Shown here: in pieces, positions 40,374-50,534 of the stretch
Position numbering within the stretch: the stretch's first letter is position 1
Layout: each line of letters opens with the position of its first letter
From: an uncultured Acidobacteriota bacterium
GTDB lineage: Bacteria > Acidobacteriota > Thermoanaerobaculia > Gp7-AA8
Assembly (NCBI GenBank): GCA_963741955.1
Contig: CAVUKB010000005.1
Location: forward strand, 1,088,001-1,152,000
DNA: 64,000 nucleotides
Reading direction: 5' to 3'
Notes under the pieces: model-generated
What the model saw: the letters and a program-made list of their open reading frames with translations, nothing else
Database searches by the model: none
What the model was told of the DNA's origin: nothing
Position numbers and translations under genes: made by a program

Positions 40374-42963
40374 CGCCTTTCGGGTTTTCGCGGAGAAGAC
40401 GCGGATCGAGTTGCGCCTCGACAACTCGCCTCTCGCAACTCGCAGAGAGGTCGTTGGCTGCGGCCTCGAATCCAACTTTCAGGGTTGCCCCTCACCCTTC
40501 CCTCTCCCCGAACGGCGGTCGCCGGCTGAAGGTCGTGAGTGCGGACGGGGAGAGGGTGGAGCCCGCCGAGTGGGAACGGGTTGCGCTTCGTGGGGGTGGG
40601 CGGGGGTTGCGCCCTTCGGGGTTTTCGGAGAGAAGACGCGGATCGAGTTGCGCCTCGCCAACTCGCCTCCCGCAACTCGCAGAGAGGTCGTTGGCTGCGG
40701 CCTCGAATCCAACTTTCAGGGTTGCCCCTCACCCTTCCCTCTCCCCGAAGGATGGTCGCCGGCTGAAGATCGTGAGCGCGGACGGGGAGAGGGTGGAGCC
40801 TGCCGAGTGGGAGCGGGTTGCGCTTCGTGGGGGTGGGCGGGGGTGGCGCCTTTCGGGTTTTCGCGGAGAAGAGCGGATAGAGTTGCGCCTCGACAACTCG
40901 CCTCTCGCAACTCGCAGAGAGGTCGTTGGCTGCGGCCTCGAATCCAACTTTCAGGGTTGCCCCTCACCCTTCCCTCTCCCCGAACGGCGGTCGCCGGCTG
41001 AAGGTCGTGAGTGCGGACGGGGAGAGGGTGGAGCCCGCCGAGTGGGAACGGGTTGCGCTTCGTGGGGGTGGGCGGAGGTGGCGCCCTTCGGGGTTTCGCG
41101 GAGAAGGCGCGGATCGAGTTGCGCCTCGACAACTCGCCTCCCGCAACTCGCAGAGAGGTCGTTGGCTGCGGCCTCGAATCCAACTTTCAGGGTTGCCCCT
41201 CACCCTTCCCTCTCCCCGAAGGGCGGTCGCCGGCTGAAGGTCGTGAGTGCGGACGGGGAGAGGGTGGAGCCCGCCGAGTGGGAACGAGTTGCGCTTCGTG
41301 GGGGTGGGCGGAGGTGGCGCCTTTCGGGTTTTCGCGGAGAAGAGCGGATAGAGTTGCGCCTCGACAACTCGCCTCTCGCAACTCGCAGTGAGGTCGTTGG
41401 CTGCGGCCTCGAATCCAACTTTCAGGGTTGCCCCTCACCCTTCCCTCTCCCCGAACGGCGGTCGCCGGCTGAAGGTCGTGAGTGCGGACGGGGAGAGGGT
41501 GGAGCCCGCCGAGTGGGTACGGGGTGCGCTTCGTAGGGGTGGGCGGGGGTGGCGCCTTTCGGGTTTTCGCGGAGAAGAGCGGATAGAGTTGCGCCTCGAC
41601 AACTCGCCTCTCGCAACTCGCAGAGAGGTCGTTGGCTGCGGCCTCGAATTCAACTTTCAGGGTTGCCCCTCACCCTTCCCTCTCCCCGAAGGGTGGTCGC
41701 CGGCTGAAGGTCGTGAGTGCGGACGGGGAGAGGGTGGAGCCCGCCGAGTGGGAACGAGTTGCGCTTCGTGGGGGTGGGCGGAGGTGGCGCCTTTCGGGTT
41801 TTCGCGGAGAAGAGCGGATAGAGTTGCGCCTCCACAACTCGCCTCCCGCAACTCGCAGAGAGGTCGTTGGCTGCGGCCTCGAATCCAACTTTCAGGGTTG
41901 CCCCTCACCCTTCCCTCTCCCCGAAGGATGGTCGCCGGCTGAAGATCGTGAGCGCGGACGGGGAGAGGGTGGAGCCCGCCGAGTGGGAACGGGGTGCGCT
42001 TCGTAGGGGTGGGCGGGGGTGGCGCCTTTCGGGTTTTCGCGGAGAAGACGCGGCGGCGCGGATAGAGTTGCGCCTCGACAACTCGCCTCTCGCAACTCGC
42101 AGAGAGGTCGTTGGCTGCGGCCTCGAATCCAACTTTCAGGGTTGCCCCTCACCCTTCCCTCTCCCCGAAGGATGGTCGCCGGCTGAAGATCGTGAGCGCG
42201 GACGGGGAGAGGGTGGAGCCCGCCGAGTGGGAACGGGGTGCGCTTCGTGGGGGTGGGCGGGGGTGGCGCCTTTCGGGTTTTCGCGGAGAAGAGCGGATAG
42301 AGTTGCGCCTCGACAACTCGCCTCCCGCAACTCGCAGAGAGGTCGTTGGCTGCGGCCTCGAATCCAACTTTCAGGGTTGCCCCTCACCCTTCCCTCTCCC
42401 CGAAGGATGGTCGCCGGCTGAAGATCGTGAGCGCGGACGGGGAGAGGGTGGAGCCCGCCGAGTGGGTACGGGGTGCGCTTCGTGGGGGTGGGCGGGGGTG
42501 GCGCCTTTCGGGTTTTCGCGGAGAAGAGCGGATAGAGTTGCGCCTCCACAACTCGCCTCCCGCAACTCGCAGAGAGGTCGTTGGCTGCGGCCTCGAATCC
42601 AACTTTCAGGGTTGCCCCTCACCCTTCCCTCTCCCCGAAGGATGGTCGCCGGCTGAAGATCGTGAGCGCGGACGGGGAGAGGGTGGAGCCCGCCGAGTGG
42701 GAACGGGGTGCGCTTCGTGGGGGTGGGCGGGGGTGGCGCCTTTCGGGTTTTCGCGGAGAAGAGCGGATAGAGTTGCGCCTCGACAACTCGCCTCTCGCAA
42801 CTCGCAGAGAGGTCGTTGGCTGCGGCCTCGAATCCAACTTTCAGGGTTGCCCCTCACCCTTCCCTCTCCCCGAACGGCGGTCGCCGGCTGAAGTTCATGA
42901 GTGCGGACGGGGAGAGGGTGGAGCCTGCCGAGTGGGAACGGGTTGCGCTTCGTGGGGGTGGGC
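40374..42963. repeat. Tandem array C: 11 x ~235 bp units with the BoxC-like core in opposite orientation to arrays A and B
   Basis: Units start near 40376, 40613, 40849, 41085, 41320, 41555, 41790, 42025, 42269, 42504 and 42739. Core is CCCCTCACCCTTCCCTCTCCCCGAA...CGGGGAGAGGG. Confidence 0.95.
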
Positions 42964-43016
42964 ACCCCTCCGGGGTGCGTCGCTAATGAGGGGTCAGGTC
43001 TTTACCGGCTGCGGAG

Positions 43017-43679
43017 CTACCAGGCGGAATCGCTCTTCAGCGCGAGCCGGAGAGCGACCGTCCAGGGACGCCTGGGCGGGCTCCCGGGCGAGGCCGGCTG
43101 GAGCCTTTCTCCGATCATCGTCGTATCGCACGGCGTCCCGGTGAAGACCTCCGGAGGTATGGTCGCGATCAGCTCACCGGACGAAGGATCGACGCGTGCC
43201 TTCAGCGACACGTAATCGGTGAGTGACTGATCGTCGATGCAGACCGCGGTCTCGGCGACGAGGTCCCGGTGATACCCGGCGGGAACGGCTCTCCCGAAGT
43301 CCTCCGGGACCGCGACTCTCACTTCGATCGGGGCCGGGTCTCCACCGAGAATCACGATGGTGTAGAACGTCGCCGAGGAGGCGCGGGCGTACTGCCCGCC
43401 GAGAAGATCGGGACTGCTGCGGATCTGCCGGAGAAACGAGCGCTTCTCCCGTTCCGAGATGGTCCGTCGCACCAGAATCGTCACTTCCCCTGAAGAGGGA
43501 TGCGGCTCGACGGTGGCAGTGATCGCTCCGGGAATGGTCGCGGTACCCCCTCTCGGAGTGACGGAAGCCTCCGCCGTGACGACGTCGGGTTTCTCCTTCT
43601 TCGCCGCGGAGGCGAGCGAAGGAAACGCGAGAGTCGCGGCGAGCGCGATGCCCGCGAGCGCGAGAAGGTCTCGTCTCAC
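43017..43679 (-). CDS. Secreted hypothetical protein
   Basis: GGAGGAGG RBS, GTG start, signal peptide MRRDLLALAGIALAATLAFPSLASA. Confidence 0.7.
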   Translation of the reverse strand: MRRDLLALAGIALAATLAFPSLASAAKKEKPDVVTAEASVTPRGGTATIPGAITATVEPHPSSGEVTILVRRTISEREKRSFLRQIRSSPDLLGGQYARASSATFYTIVILGGDPAPIEVRVAVPEDFGRAVPAGYHRDLVAETAVCIDDQSLTDYVSLKARVDPSSGELIATIPPEVFTGTPCDTTMIGERLQPASPGSPPRRPWTVALRLALKSDSAW

Positions 43680-43756
43680 GCCTCCTCCTCCCCGCGAAGT
43701 GAATCCGTTCTCCTCGGCGGTCGCGCGAGGCGAGTGCCGGCATCGCGTCCCGCCGC

Positions 43757-46231
43757 TCAAATCGGATCTCCCGGAGGAACCGGAAGCGGCGCGATCTTCT
43801 TTCGCGGCGCGACCGGGCGGCGGAGGAACTCCTCGATGTCGTCGCGGATCGCGGCGCGGTGCGCGCCATCGACCGCGTCCGCCGTCGTGGACGTCTTCTG
43901 CAGGTCTGACCCCAGGCGCCGGAGCGCGTCGGTCGCGATGGCGCGCACGTCGGATGCGGCATCTTCGTTCGCCGCCAGCCCCATCAGGTCGTCCACCGTG
44001 ACCCGCTGCACCGCGCGCGCGATCGCATCGCCGTAGGAGTCGGTGACCTTCTCGCTCCAGGTGCGATCGACCAGCGCCTTCACCACCTCCTCGAATCCCG
44101 GGTTCTGCGCGTCCTGGGCGTGAAATTCGATCAGCCGCGCCGCGCGGTGCGGCTCGAGAACTCCCGATACCGCGAGATCCGCTGCGATCGACGCGGCACC
44201 GATCGGATCGAACACCGGATCGGTGCGCGACGGGAATCGCTCCGTCGGCCCTCCCTCCCAGCCGAACGGCACCGGCGGAATGAGCTTCAGGATGCGCGTC
44301 GGGATCCGCAACGAGTCCACCGATACGGTGTCGAGCACCGCCGCGAGCGCGTCGCGCTGCGTCGCCGCCGGAACGATGTGACGGACGTCGGACGGCACCG
44401 GTCCGTTCGGTGTCCGCACGCTGTAGGTATAGAAGAGACCCCCCAGCGACTTGACCGCCGCCTGCAGCTGATAGCGATGATGGAGATAGAGCGGAAGAAA
44501 CTCCGCCTCGAGCTGCGACATCGGCATTCCCGGCTGGAGATTCCCTTCGCCGAAGTGATTCATCGCGATGCGGCGCACGTCCATCTCGTGACGGAGCATC
44601 GCCACCGGGTCCGCGCCGTTGTCCCACAGACTGGCCAGCGGATGCGCCGCTCCTGCCGGCCGCGCGTCTTCGTCGGTGATGAAGAGCATCCCGTGATGGA
44701 TCGCGTCCTCCACGAGCTTCTCCAGTGCGGCATGCTCGTCCGTCCCGGGAGGAAACTGCGTGTATGCGTACGCGATCGCGAACTCGTCGTACGCGCCGAT
44801 CCCTCTCGCATACGCGTTCGACAGATCGAGTTTCCCGTTGCGGATCTCGACCATCGGGGCCGGGTAGTCCATCACCGATGCCCGGCCGTACGTGCTCGCG
44901 GCGAAGTTGTGGGCGAGACCGATGGTGTGGCCGACCTCGTGTGCGCCGAGCTGGCGCAGCCTCGCCAGGGCCATCGCCTTCGCATCGATCGACGGATCGG
45001 CTGCGGCGAGCGCATCGCCGTCGGACGGAGCCGCCACTCCTTCGAACAGCGGCACCAGCCCCTCACCGATCAGGAAATCCTGCCGTACCCGGAGCGATCC
45101 GAGCGAGACGTTCCCCTTCAGGATCTCCCCCGTGCGCGGGTCGACCACGTTCGCGCCGTAGGACCAGCCGCGCGTGGAGCGATGCACCCAGGTGATGACG
45201 TTGTACCGAAGGTCCATCGGATCCGCTCCCGGCGGAAGCATCTTCACCTGGAACGCATTCCTGAAACCCGCGGCCTCGAACGCCTGGTTCCACCACGAGA
45301 TACCGTCCAGCAGCGCACTCCGTACCGGCTCGGGAGTTCCCGGGTCGAGGTAGTAGACGATCGGTTTCACCGGCTCGGACACGGCCGCGCCCGGGTCCTT
45401 CTTCTCCAGACGGAACCGGGTGATCCACCGTTTCTCGATCGGCGCAGTGAGGGGTGATGCGAAGTCGTAGAAGTCCACGCCGTACACCCCGACCCGAGGG
45501 TCGAATGCGCGCGGGTGGTATCCCGGCGGCGGCAGCTCCACCAGGGAGTAGTGCTCGCGTACCGTGATCGCCTTCGGACTCGGCGTCACCTGCTGCACGA
45601 GTCTTCCCGGATTTCCGCTCGTGACGAAAGTGAGCAGCACCTCGACCTCGGTGTTTTTCGGAAAAGCCTTCGTCTGCGGAAGCCACACCGCACTCCGCGA
45701 ATCGTCGAGCGTGTAACTCCCCTGCTTCGTCTCTTTCAACTGATCGGCCACACCGTGGGCATCGCGGACGAAGAACGGCGTCGCATCCACCAGGACCCGC
45801 TCTCCTTCGCTCGCTACGATCGGAAATCCCCACAGCACCGATTCGGCGAACGAATTCGCGACCGCCTGCTGCTCCGCCACGTCACCGGTGAGAGCGCGAT
45901 AGCGGTAGTTCGGCTCCACCATGAGGAGCTTCGGTCCGATGCGCCGGAACGAGACGACGTGCGTCCCGCCGAGCTGGTTGCGATCGAGACCGATCGGGTT
46001 CGATCCGATGCCGGCCGGCAGTGAGACCTGCATCAGCAGCTCCTGATCGAGATGCGGGACCTCCATCAGCAGCTTCCCCTCGCCCGCATCCCAGTAGAGC
46101 GGCACGTAGCCGTCGATCTTCTGCATTCCTCGGGTTGCTGCGGCGACGTCGGTCCCGGGTGGCTTGCTTTCGGCCGCGACGAGAGGCAATGCGAGGATCA
46201 GAGTCAGAAGGGCGATTCCGGTTCGGCGCAT
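43757..46231 (-). CDS. Secreted zinc-dependent metalloprotease (DUF5117/DUF4953-type metzincin)
   Basis: Signal peptide MRRTGIALL; HEVGHTIGLAHNF Zn motif; SVMDY Met-turn. Confidence 0.9.
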   Translation of the reverse strand: MRRTGIALLTLILALPLVAAESKPPGTDVAAATRGMQKIDGYVPLYWDAGEGKLLMEVPHLDQELLMQVSLPAGIGSNPIGLDRNQLGGTHVVSFRRIGPKLLMVEPNYRYRALTGDVAEQQAVANSFAESVLWGFPIVASEGERVLVDATPFFVRDAHGVADQLKETKQGSYTLDDSRSAVWLPQTKAFPKNTEVEVLLTFVTSGNPGRLVQQVTPSPKAITVREHYSLVELPPPGYHPRAFDPRVGVYGVDFYDFASPLTAPIEKRWITRFRLEKKDPGAAVSEPVKPIVYYLDPGTPEPVRSALLDGISWWNQAFEAAGFRNAFQVKMLPPGADPMDLRYNVITWVHRSTRGWSYGANVVDPRTGEILKGNVSLGSLRVRQDFLIGEGLVPLFEGVAAPSDGDALAAADPSIDAKAMALARLRQLGAHEVGHTIGLAHNFAASTYGRASVMDYPAPMVEIRNGKLDLSNAYARGIGAYDEFAIAYAYTQFPPGTDEHAALEKLVEDAIHHGMLFITDEDARPAGAAHPLASLWDNGADPVAMLRHEMDVRRIAMNHFGEGNLQPGMPMSQLEAEFLPLYLHHRYQLQAAVKSLGGLFYTYSVRTPNGPVPSDVRHIVPAATQRDALAAVLDTVSVDSLRIPTRILKLIPPVPFGWEGGPTERFPSRTDPVFDPIGAASIAADLAVSGVLEPHRAARLIEFHAQDAQNPGFEEVVKALVDRTWSEKVTDSYGDAIARAVQRVTVDDLMGLAANEDAASDVRAIATDALRRLGSDLQKTSTTADAVDGAHRAAIRDDIEEFLRRPVAPRKKIAPLPVPPGDPI

Positions 46232-46295
46232 TCGGTTCCTTTCTGAGCTGCATATCACGCAATTCACGCAATTCGCGCAAATGATGAAACACCCC

Positions 46296-46751
46296 TCACC
46301 CCGACACCTTCTCCCACTTCGCCCAGTACGCCTTCCACGCCCCTCCTTCGGGAGCGAATCGCACTTCGAAGTTCCAGGAGGAAGCACGGGGAAGGAACTG
46401 ATCGAGGCCGCCCAATTTCCGGGGCACGCCGGCGAAGTTCGCGTGAAACTTCGCGGTCGCAGCGACGTCGCTCCGTTGGATCTCGACACCGGTCAGAACG
46501 ATCTCGATCTTCTCGTACCCGGCGAAGAGCCGTCGCAGAGTATTCACCGCCTCGGCGTAGTCGAGTCCCGACGGGTCACGGTATTCGGGCGAGAGATATT
46601 TCGCGAACGCGTCGGCGTCGCGATCCTCTGCCGCACTCTCCATGCCGTCGAGAGCACCGCGCACCGGATCCTTTTCGTGTCTGCATCCGAAGGCGGTCAC
46701 GAGAGAGAGCAACGCCAGCGATATTGCGATTCGGCGAAGCGGGCGGGGCAT
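46296..46751 (-). CDS. Lipoprotein, NTF2/SnoaL-like fold
   Basis: Lipobox-like AFGC; AEDRDADAFAKYLSPEY pattern. Confidence 0.65.
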   Translation of the reverse strand: MPRPLRRIAISLALLSLVTAFGCRHEKDPVRGALDGMESAAEDRDADAFAKYLSPEYRDPSGLDYAEAVNTLRRLFAGYEKIEIVLTGVEIQRSDVAATAKFHANFAGVPRKLGGLDQFLPRASSWNFEVRFAPEGGAWKAYWAKWEKVSG

Positions 46752-46910
46752 GCGCGGATTGTACCCGAAACGACCGCTCGGTTCCGGGCCGGCCCCGATT
46801 CGGCGACTCTCCTGATTCTGCCGGTGAAGGACCGCGGCTTCCGCTGCGTCCGGAAACGATGGAAACCGTGCCGCGCCGGTTTCAGTTCCGACTCGCCGAA
46901 ACCGGCGAGC

Positions 46911-47960
46911 TCACTTGACCAGGCGGATCTGCGGCAGGCGATCGAGTCGAGGAGGGAGACTCTCAGGTTCAGCGGCGACGCCCGGCTCTTCCGGCTCCGC
47001 ATCCGAGACGAGACTTTCCGGATGCTTGCGCGACCACTTGTTCCGGTAGAGGTCGTGATCGCACGCCCGGACGAGCTGCTCGAGTGTTCCGTCCTTCAGA
47101 TACTCCGTACTCGAGATTCCCGAAGTGACGCCGATCCCCAGCATGTCGGTATCGACGGTCCACTGGAGCGAGGCGACCGTCTGTGCGATCCGCTCAGTGA
47201 TCTCGACCACCTGATCGATCGGCGCCCCGGCGATGAGCATGATGAATTCGTCTCCGCCGTACCGTCCGATCAGATCGCCATAGCGGGCCGACTGATGAAA
47301 CGCCGCGCCGACGTCGGCGAGAATCCGATCACCGACGTAGTGCCCGTACTTGTCGTTGATCTCCTTGAAATCGTCGAGGTCGAAGAGCGCGATGGCCATT
47401 GGACGGAGCGGCGAGAGCATGGCCCGCGACGCTTCCTCGAAGAAGTAGCGGCGATTGAAAAGACCGGTCAGATCGTCACGCATCGCGAGCCGGTAGAGTC
47501 GCTGGTTCTTGCGGACGAGCTTCGCCTGGCGGTCGATGACCCGGCGATACGAATTGATCTTGGCCAGAATCTCCTCGCGTGAAGCGGCCTTCGGGAGGAA
47601 ATCGTCGAAGCCGTCATTCAGCGCGTCGATCCTGGTCTTCTCATCCGAGGCGACGGTGAGCATCACGACGAAGAGGTCGAGCAGCTCCGGATCGGCGCGA
47701 ATCGCCTCGACCGTTTTGAATCCGTCGAGCTTCGGCATCCGAAGGTCGAGCAGAACCAGATCACACGGGCCGCCCTCCCGCAGAAACTGCAGAGCCGCCT
47801 GGCCGTCTTCGGCGAAGACCACGTCGAGTCCGAACCGCTGAAGGAGTGCGGCGATCCAGGCACGGTACTGAGAGTCGTCGTCGACGATCAGGACCGTCAA
47901 ACGCTCCGCAGCGACCGATTTCCGGTCGTCTTTCCTGCGGCGCTCGGTTCGTCCGGTCAT
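46911..47960 (-). CDS. Response regulator diguanylate cyclase (REC-GGDEF)
   Basis: VLIVDDD, LLDLRMPKLDG; DDLTGLFNRR, RYGD I-site, RYGGDEF. Confidence 0.93.
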   Translation of the reverse strand: MTGRTERRRKDDRKSVAAERLTVLIVDDDSQYRAWIAALLQRFGLDVVFAEDGQAALQFLREGGPCDLVLLDLRMPKLDGFKTVEAIRADPELLDLFVVMLTVASDEKTRIDALNDGFDDFLPKAASREEILAKINSYRRVIDRQAKLVRKNQRLYRLAMRDDLTGLFNRRYFFEEASRAMLSPLRPMAIALFDLDDFKEINDKYGHYVGDRILADVGAAFHQSARYGDLIGRYGGDEFIMLIAGAPIDQVVEITERIAQTVASLQWTVDTDMLGIGVTSGISSTEYLKDGTLEQLVRACDHDLYRNKWSRKHPESLVSDAEPEEPGVAAEPESLPPRLDRLPQIRLVK

Positions 47961-48052
47961 TTTGAGCCTCCGTCAGCATTCAAATTCCGCACCAGAGCGA
48001 CCAGAGCCGAATCCGCGGCGTCGGTTCCCGAACCGTGTATTCTTCCGCCCGC

Positions 48053-49198
48053 ATGGCTGCTCCCGTCGTCATCACCCGCGACGAGGCTCGAAACGCACTC
48101 GTGCGGCATCTCGCGCTCGACCGGCCCACCGGAACCGGAAGAGCCGGCATCCGAAGGGTCCTCGAGCGGCTCCGCTGCATCCAGCTCGATCCGCTCGACG
48201 CGATCGGCACCAACGCCGATCTGGTGGTGATGGCGCGGGTCACCGGCGCAGAGCGCGGTGACGTGTGGTCCGCGCTCTTCCCCGACGCCGGATTCGAACA
48301 TTTCGCGAAGGAGCGCTGCATTCTCCCGGCATCCTCCTTCCCCTGGTACCGCGAACGCGGACATCGTGCGCAGGCGCCGTGGTGGCGGCATCATGAGCGC
48401 GAGGCTCGGGTGGAGCCACGCGCAGTCGAAGCGGTGCTCGAAGAGATCAGGGAACGGGGGCCGCTCACCCTCCGCGAGATGACCGACCACGGCTCGGTGA
48501 TGCCGCTCGACTGGAGCGGCTGGATGGGAACTTCGAAGGCCACCACGATGGCGCTGGAAATTCTCTGGACGCGCTGCGAGGTCGTCGTCGCGGGACGCGA
48601 CGCCTCCGGCGCGAAGATCTACGACATCCCTTCCCGAACCCTCGGCCCGTTCGCCGCGGCCCCGGCGGAGGGGGACTTCGCACGGTGGGCTCTGCACGAA
48701 CGGGTCACTGCGGCCGGACTTCTCTCTCGTGCCGGGGGCTCCCACTGGTCGATGCTGGGAGAGATTCGCACCTCGGCGCTACCCGACGAGATGATCGAGG
48801 CGGGCGAGCTCGTGGAAGTCTCCATCGAGGGCTCGCCTCGAAAGTATCTGGCGCTCCCTTCGTTCCTCGCCCGGCGGAGGTCTCGATTCGACGATCGGGT
48901 CCGCATCCTCGGCCCTCTCGACCCGCTGCTATGGGACCGCAACCTCGTGCGCCATGCGTTCGAGTTCGAGTACGCCTGGGAGGTCTACAAGCCGGAACAC
49001 CTCAGGAGATGGGGTTGGTACGTCTGCCCGCTTCTCTTCCGCGACCGCCTCGTCGGACGCGTCGACGCCCGCGTCGAGAAGAATGTGCTGCGGGTGAAGA
49101 AGCTCTGGATCGAATCGGAGATCGAACGGCCACTGATCCGTGCCGCGCTCGAAGACCACGCGCGGCGTTGCGGCGCCCGCCGGATTAGAGGCATCTAG
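48053..49198 (+). CDS. AlkZ/YcaQ-family (HTH_42) DNA crosslink glycosylase
   Basis: IQLDPL (QxD), ILGPLDPLLWDR, FEYAWEVYKP..RRWGWYVCPLL, VGRVD. Confidence 0.85.
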   Translation: MAAPVVITRDEARNALVRHLALDRPTGTGRAGIRRVLERLRCIQLDPLDAIGTNADLVVMARVTGAERGDVWSALFPDAGFEHFAKERCILPASSFPWYRERGHRAQAPWWRHHEREARVEPRAVEAVLEEIRERGPLTLREMTDHGSVMPLDWSGWMGTSKATTMALEILWTRCEVVVAGRDASGAKIYDIPSRTLGPFAAAPAEGDFARWALHERVTAAGLLSRAGGSHWSMLGEIRTSALPDEMIEAGELVEVSIEGSPRKYLALPSFLARRRSRFDDRVRILGPLDPLLWDRNLVRHAFEFEYAWEVYKPEHLRRWGWYVCPLLFRDRLVGRVDARVEKNVLRVKKLWIESEIERPLIRAALEDHARRCGARRIRGI

Positions 49199-49265
49199 TA
49201 TCTAGTATCGAGTATCGAGTATCGAGTATCGAGTATCGAGTATCGAGTATCGAGTATCGAGTATC
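49196..49265. repeat. Heptamer microsatellite (AGTATCG)n, ~10 units
   Basis: Directly visible after the stop codon of the AlkZ-like gene. Confidence 0.9.
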
Positions 49266-49454
49266 TGAAAGGCATTGTGGATCGAGGATCTGAGAGGCAT
49301 CGCGGATCGAGGATCGTGGATCGAGGACGAGTGGTCCTCGAAGCCGTCCCGGAACGAGCCCATGGGTAAGAGGGAGCCTGCGGAGAGTCGTTCGCGAGAT
49401 CGAGTTCGGAACCTTGCACGAGTTGTGCTCAGACGAATGGGCGGAGGTACAGGT

Positions 49455-50249
49455 ATGAAAAGTCAACTCCGCTACGGAGCGATGCTCACCATCGTCGCAT
49501 TCATGTTCGCGGGATGTTCGTCACTCGGCGCCAACGGCAGCTCGGTCTCTCTCGATCAGGAATGGCAGCTCGGGGACCAGATGGCGGCGCAGGTCGCCCA
49601 GCAGGTTAAGCTCGTCCACGACCCCGCCGCACTCGCTTACGTGCGCAGCGTGGGTGAGAAGATCCACCAGCAGACGCCACTGGCGAACCGGCCGTTCGAC
49701 TTCGAGATCGTGAACGATCCGTCGGTCAACGCCTTCTCCCTTCCGGGAGGGCACATCTACGTCAACACCGGCCTGATTGCACAGGCCGACCGGGTCGACA
49801 TGCTCGCCGGCGTCATTGCGCACGAGATCAGTCACGTGGTCCACCGCGACGCGATCAAACAGCTCGAACAGCAGCAGGAGATCAACGCCGTCGGCAGCAT
49901 TCTTCTCGGACAGAACCCCGGCGTGCTCGCACAGCTTGCCGCACAGATCGTCGCCGGCGGCGCGATGGCGAAGTTCAGCCGCCAGGACGAGAAGTCGGCC
50001 GACGATCTCGGACTGGAGCTGATGACGCGGGCCGGATACGATCCTCACGGAATGGTCGCCATGTTCCAGAAGCTCCTCGCCCTCGAGCAGAGCGATCCGA
50101 ACGCGGTGGCCCGCTTCTTCGCCGATCATCCGACCGCCCAGAGTCGCATCCGCGACCTGCAGCAGAAGATCGCTCAAATGGGCAATCCCACCGGCATCCG
50201 GAATGACCCGCAGTACCAGGTGATCCGCCAGCGCGTGATGGCCGGCTGA
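49455..50249 (+). CDS. M48 family metallopeptidase lipoprotein
   Basis: FAGC lipobox; NAFSLPGG, AHEISH, FSRQDEKSAD, HP. Confidence 0.9.
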   Translation: MKSQLRYGAMLTIVAFMFAGCSSLGANGSSVSLDQEWQLGDQMAAQVAQQVKLVHDPAALAYVRSVGEKIHQQTPLANRPFDFEIVNDPSVNAFSLPGGHIYVNTGLIAQADRVDMLAGVIAHEISHVVHRDAIKQLEQQQEINAVGSILLGQNPGVLAQLAAQIVAGGAMAKFSRQDEKSADDLGLELMTRAGYDPHGMVAMFQKLLALEQSDPNAVARFFADHPTAQSRIRDLQQKIAQMGNPTGIRNDPQYQVIRQRVMAG

Positions 50250-50534
50250 TCCCATCCGGCGTGAGAGATCCTCGATCCGAATGCCGGAGCTCGATTCCCG
50301 GCCGGGGTCGCATCGGCCCCGGCCTCCTCAATTGAAGACCTGACCCCAATGATCGACGACCGGCCGCCCGGACTCGCCCACCGGCTCCGTTTCGTTTCTG
50401 CAACGGGAAATCGCCACACCCTCTCGCCTGGGAGTCTGCGCGGTAGAAACGATGTGAGAAATGCGGGCTGGCGTTATTTGCATTCATCTTGCACCTTCAC
50501 CCGCGGGAGACCTCTGCACGTGGAACTACCGAAC

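Noticed and set aside
40374-42963. Array C (and A/B) as a CRISPR-like or guide-RNA array
   Set aside because: Units are near-identical end to end, with no unique spacers.
48053-49198. AlkZ/YcaQ gene as part of the WYL regulon or defence island
   Set aside because: It lies outside the repeat-bounded region, and I saw no TGACAG-N10-TA motif upstream.
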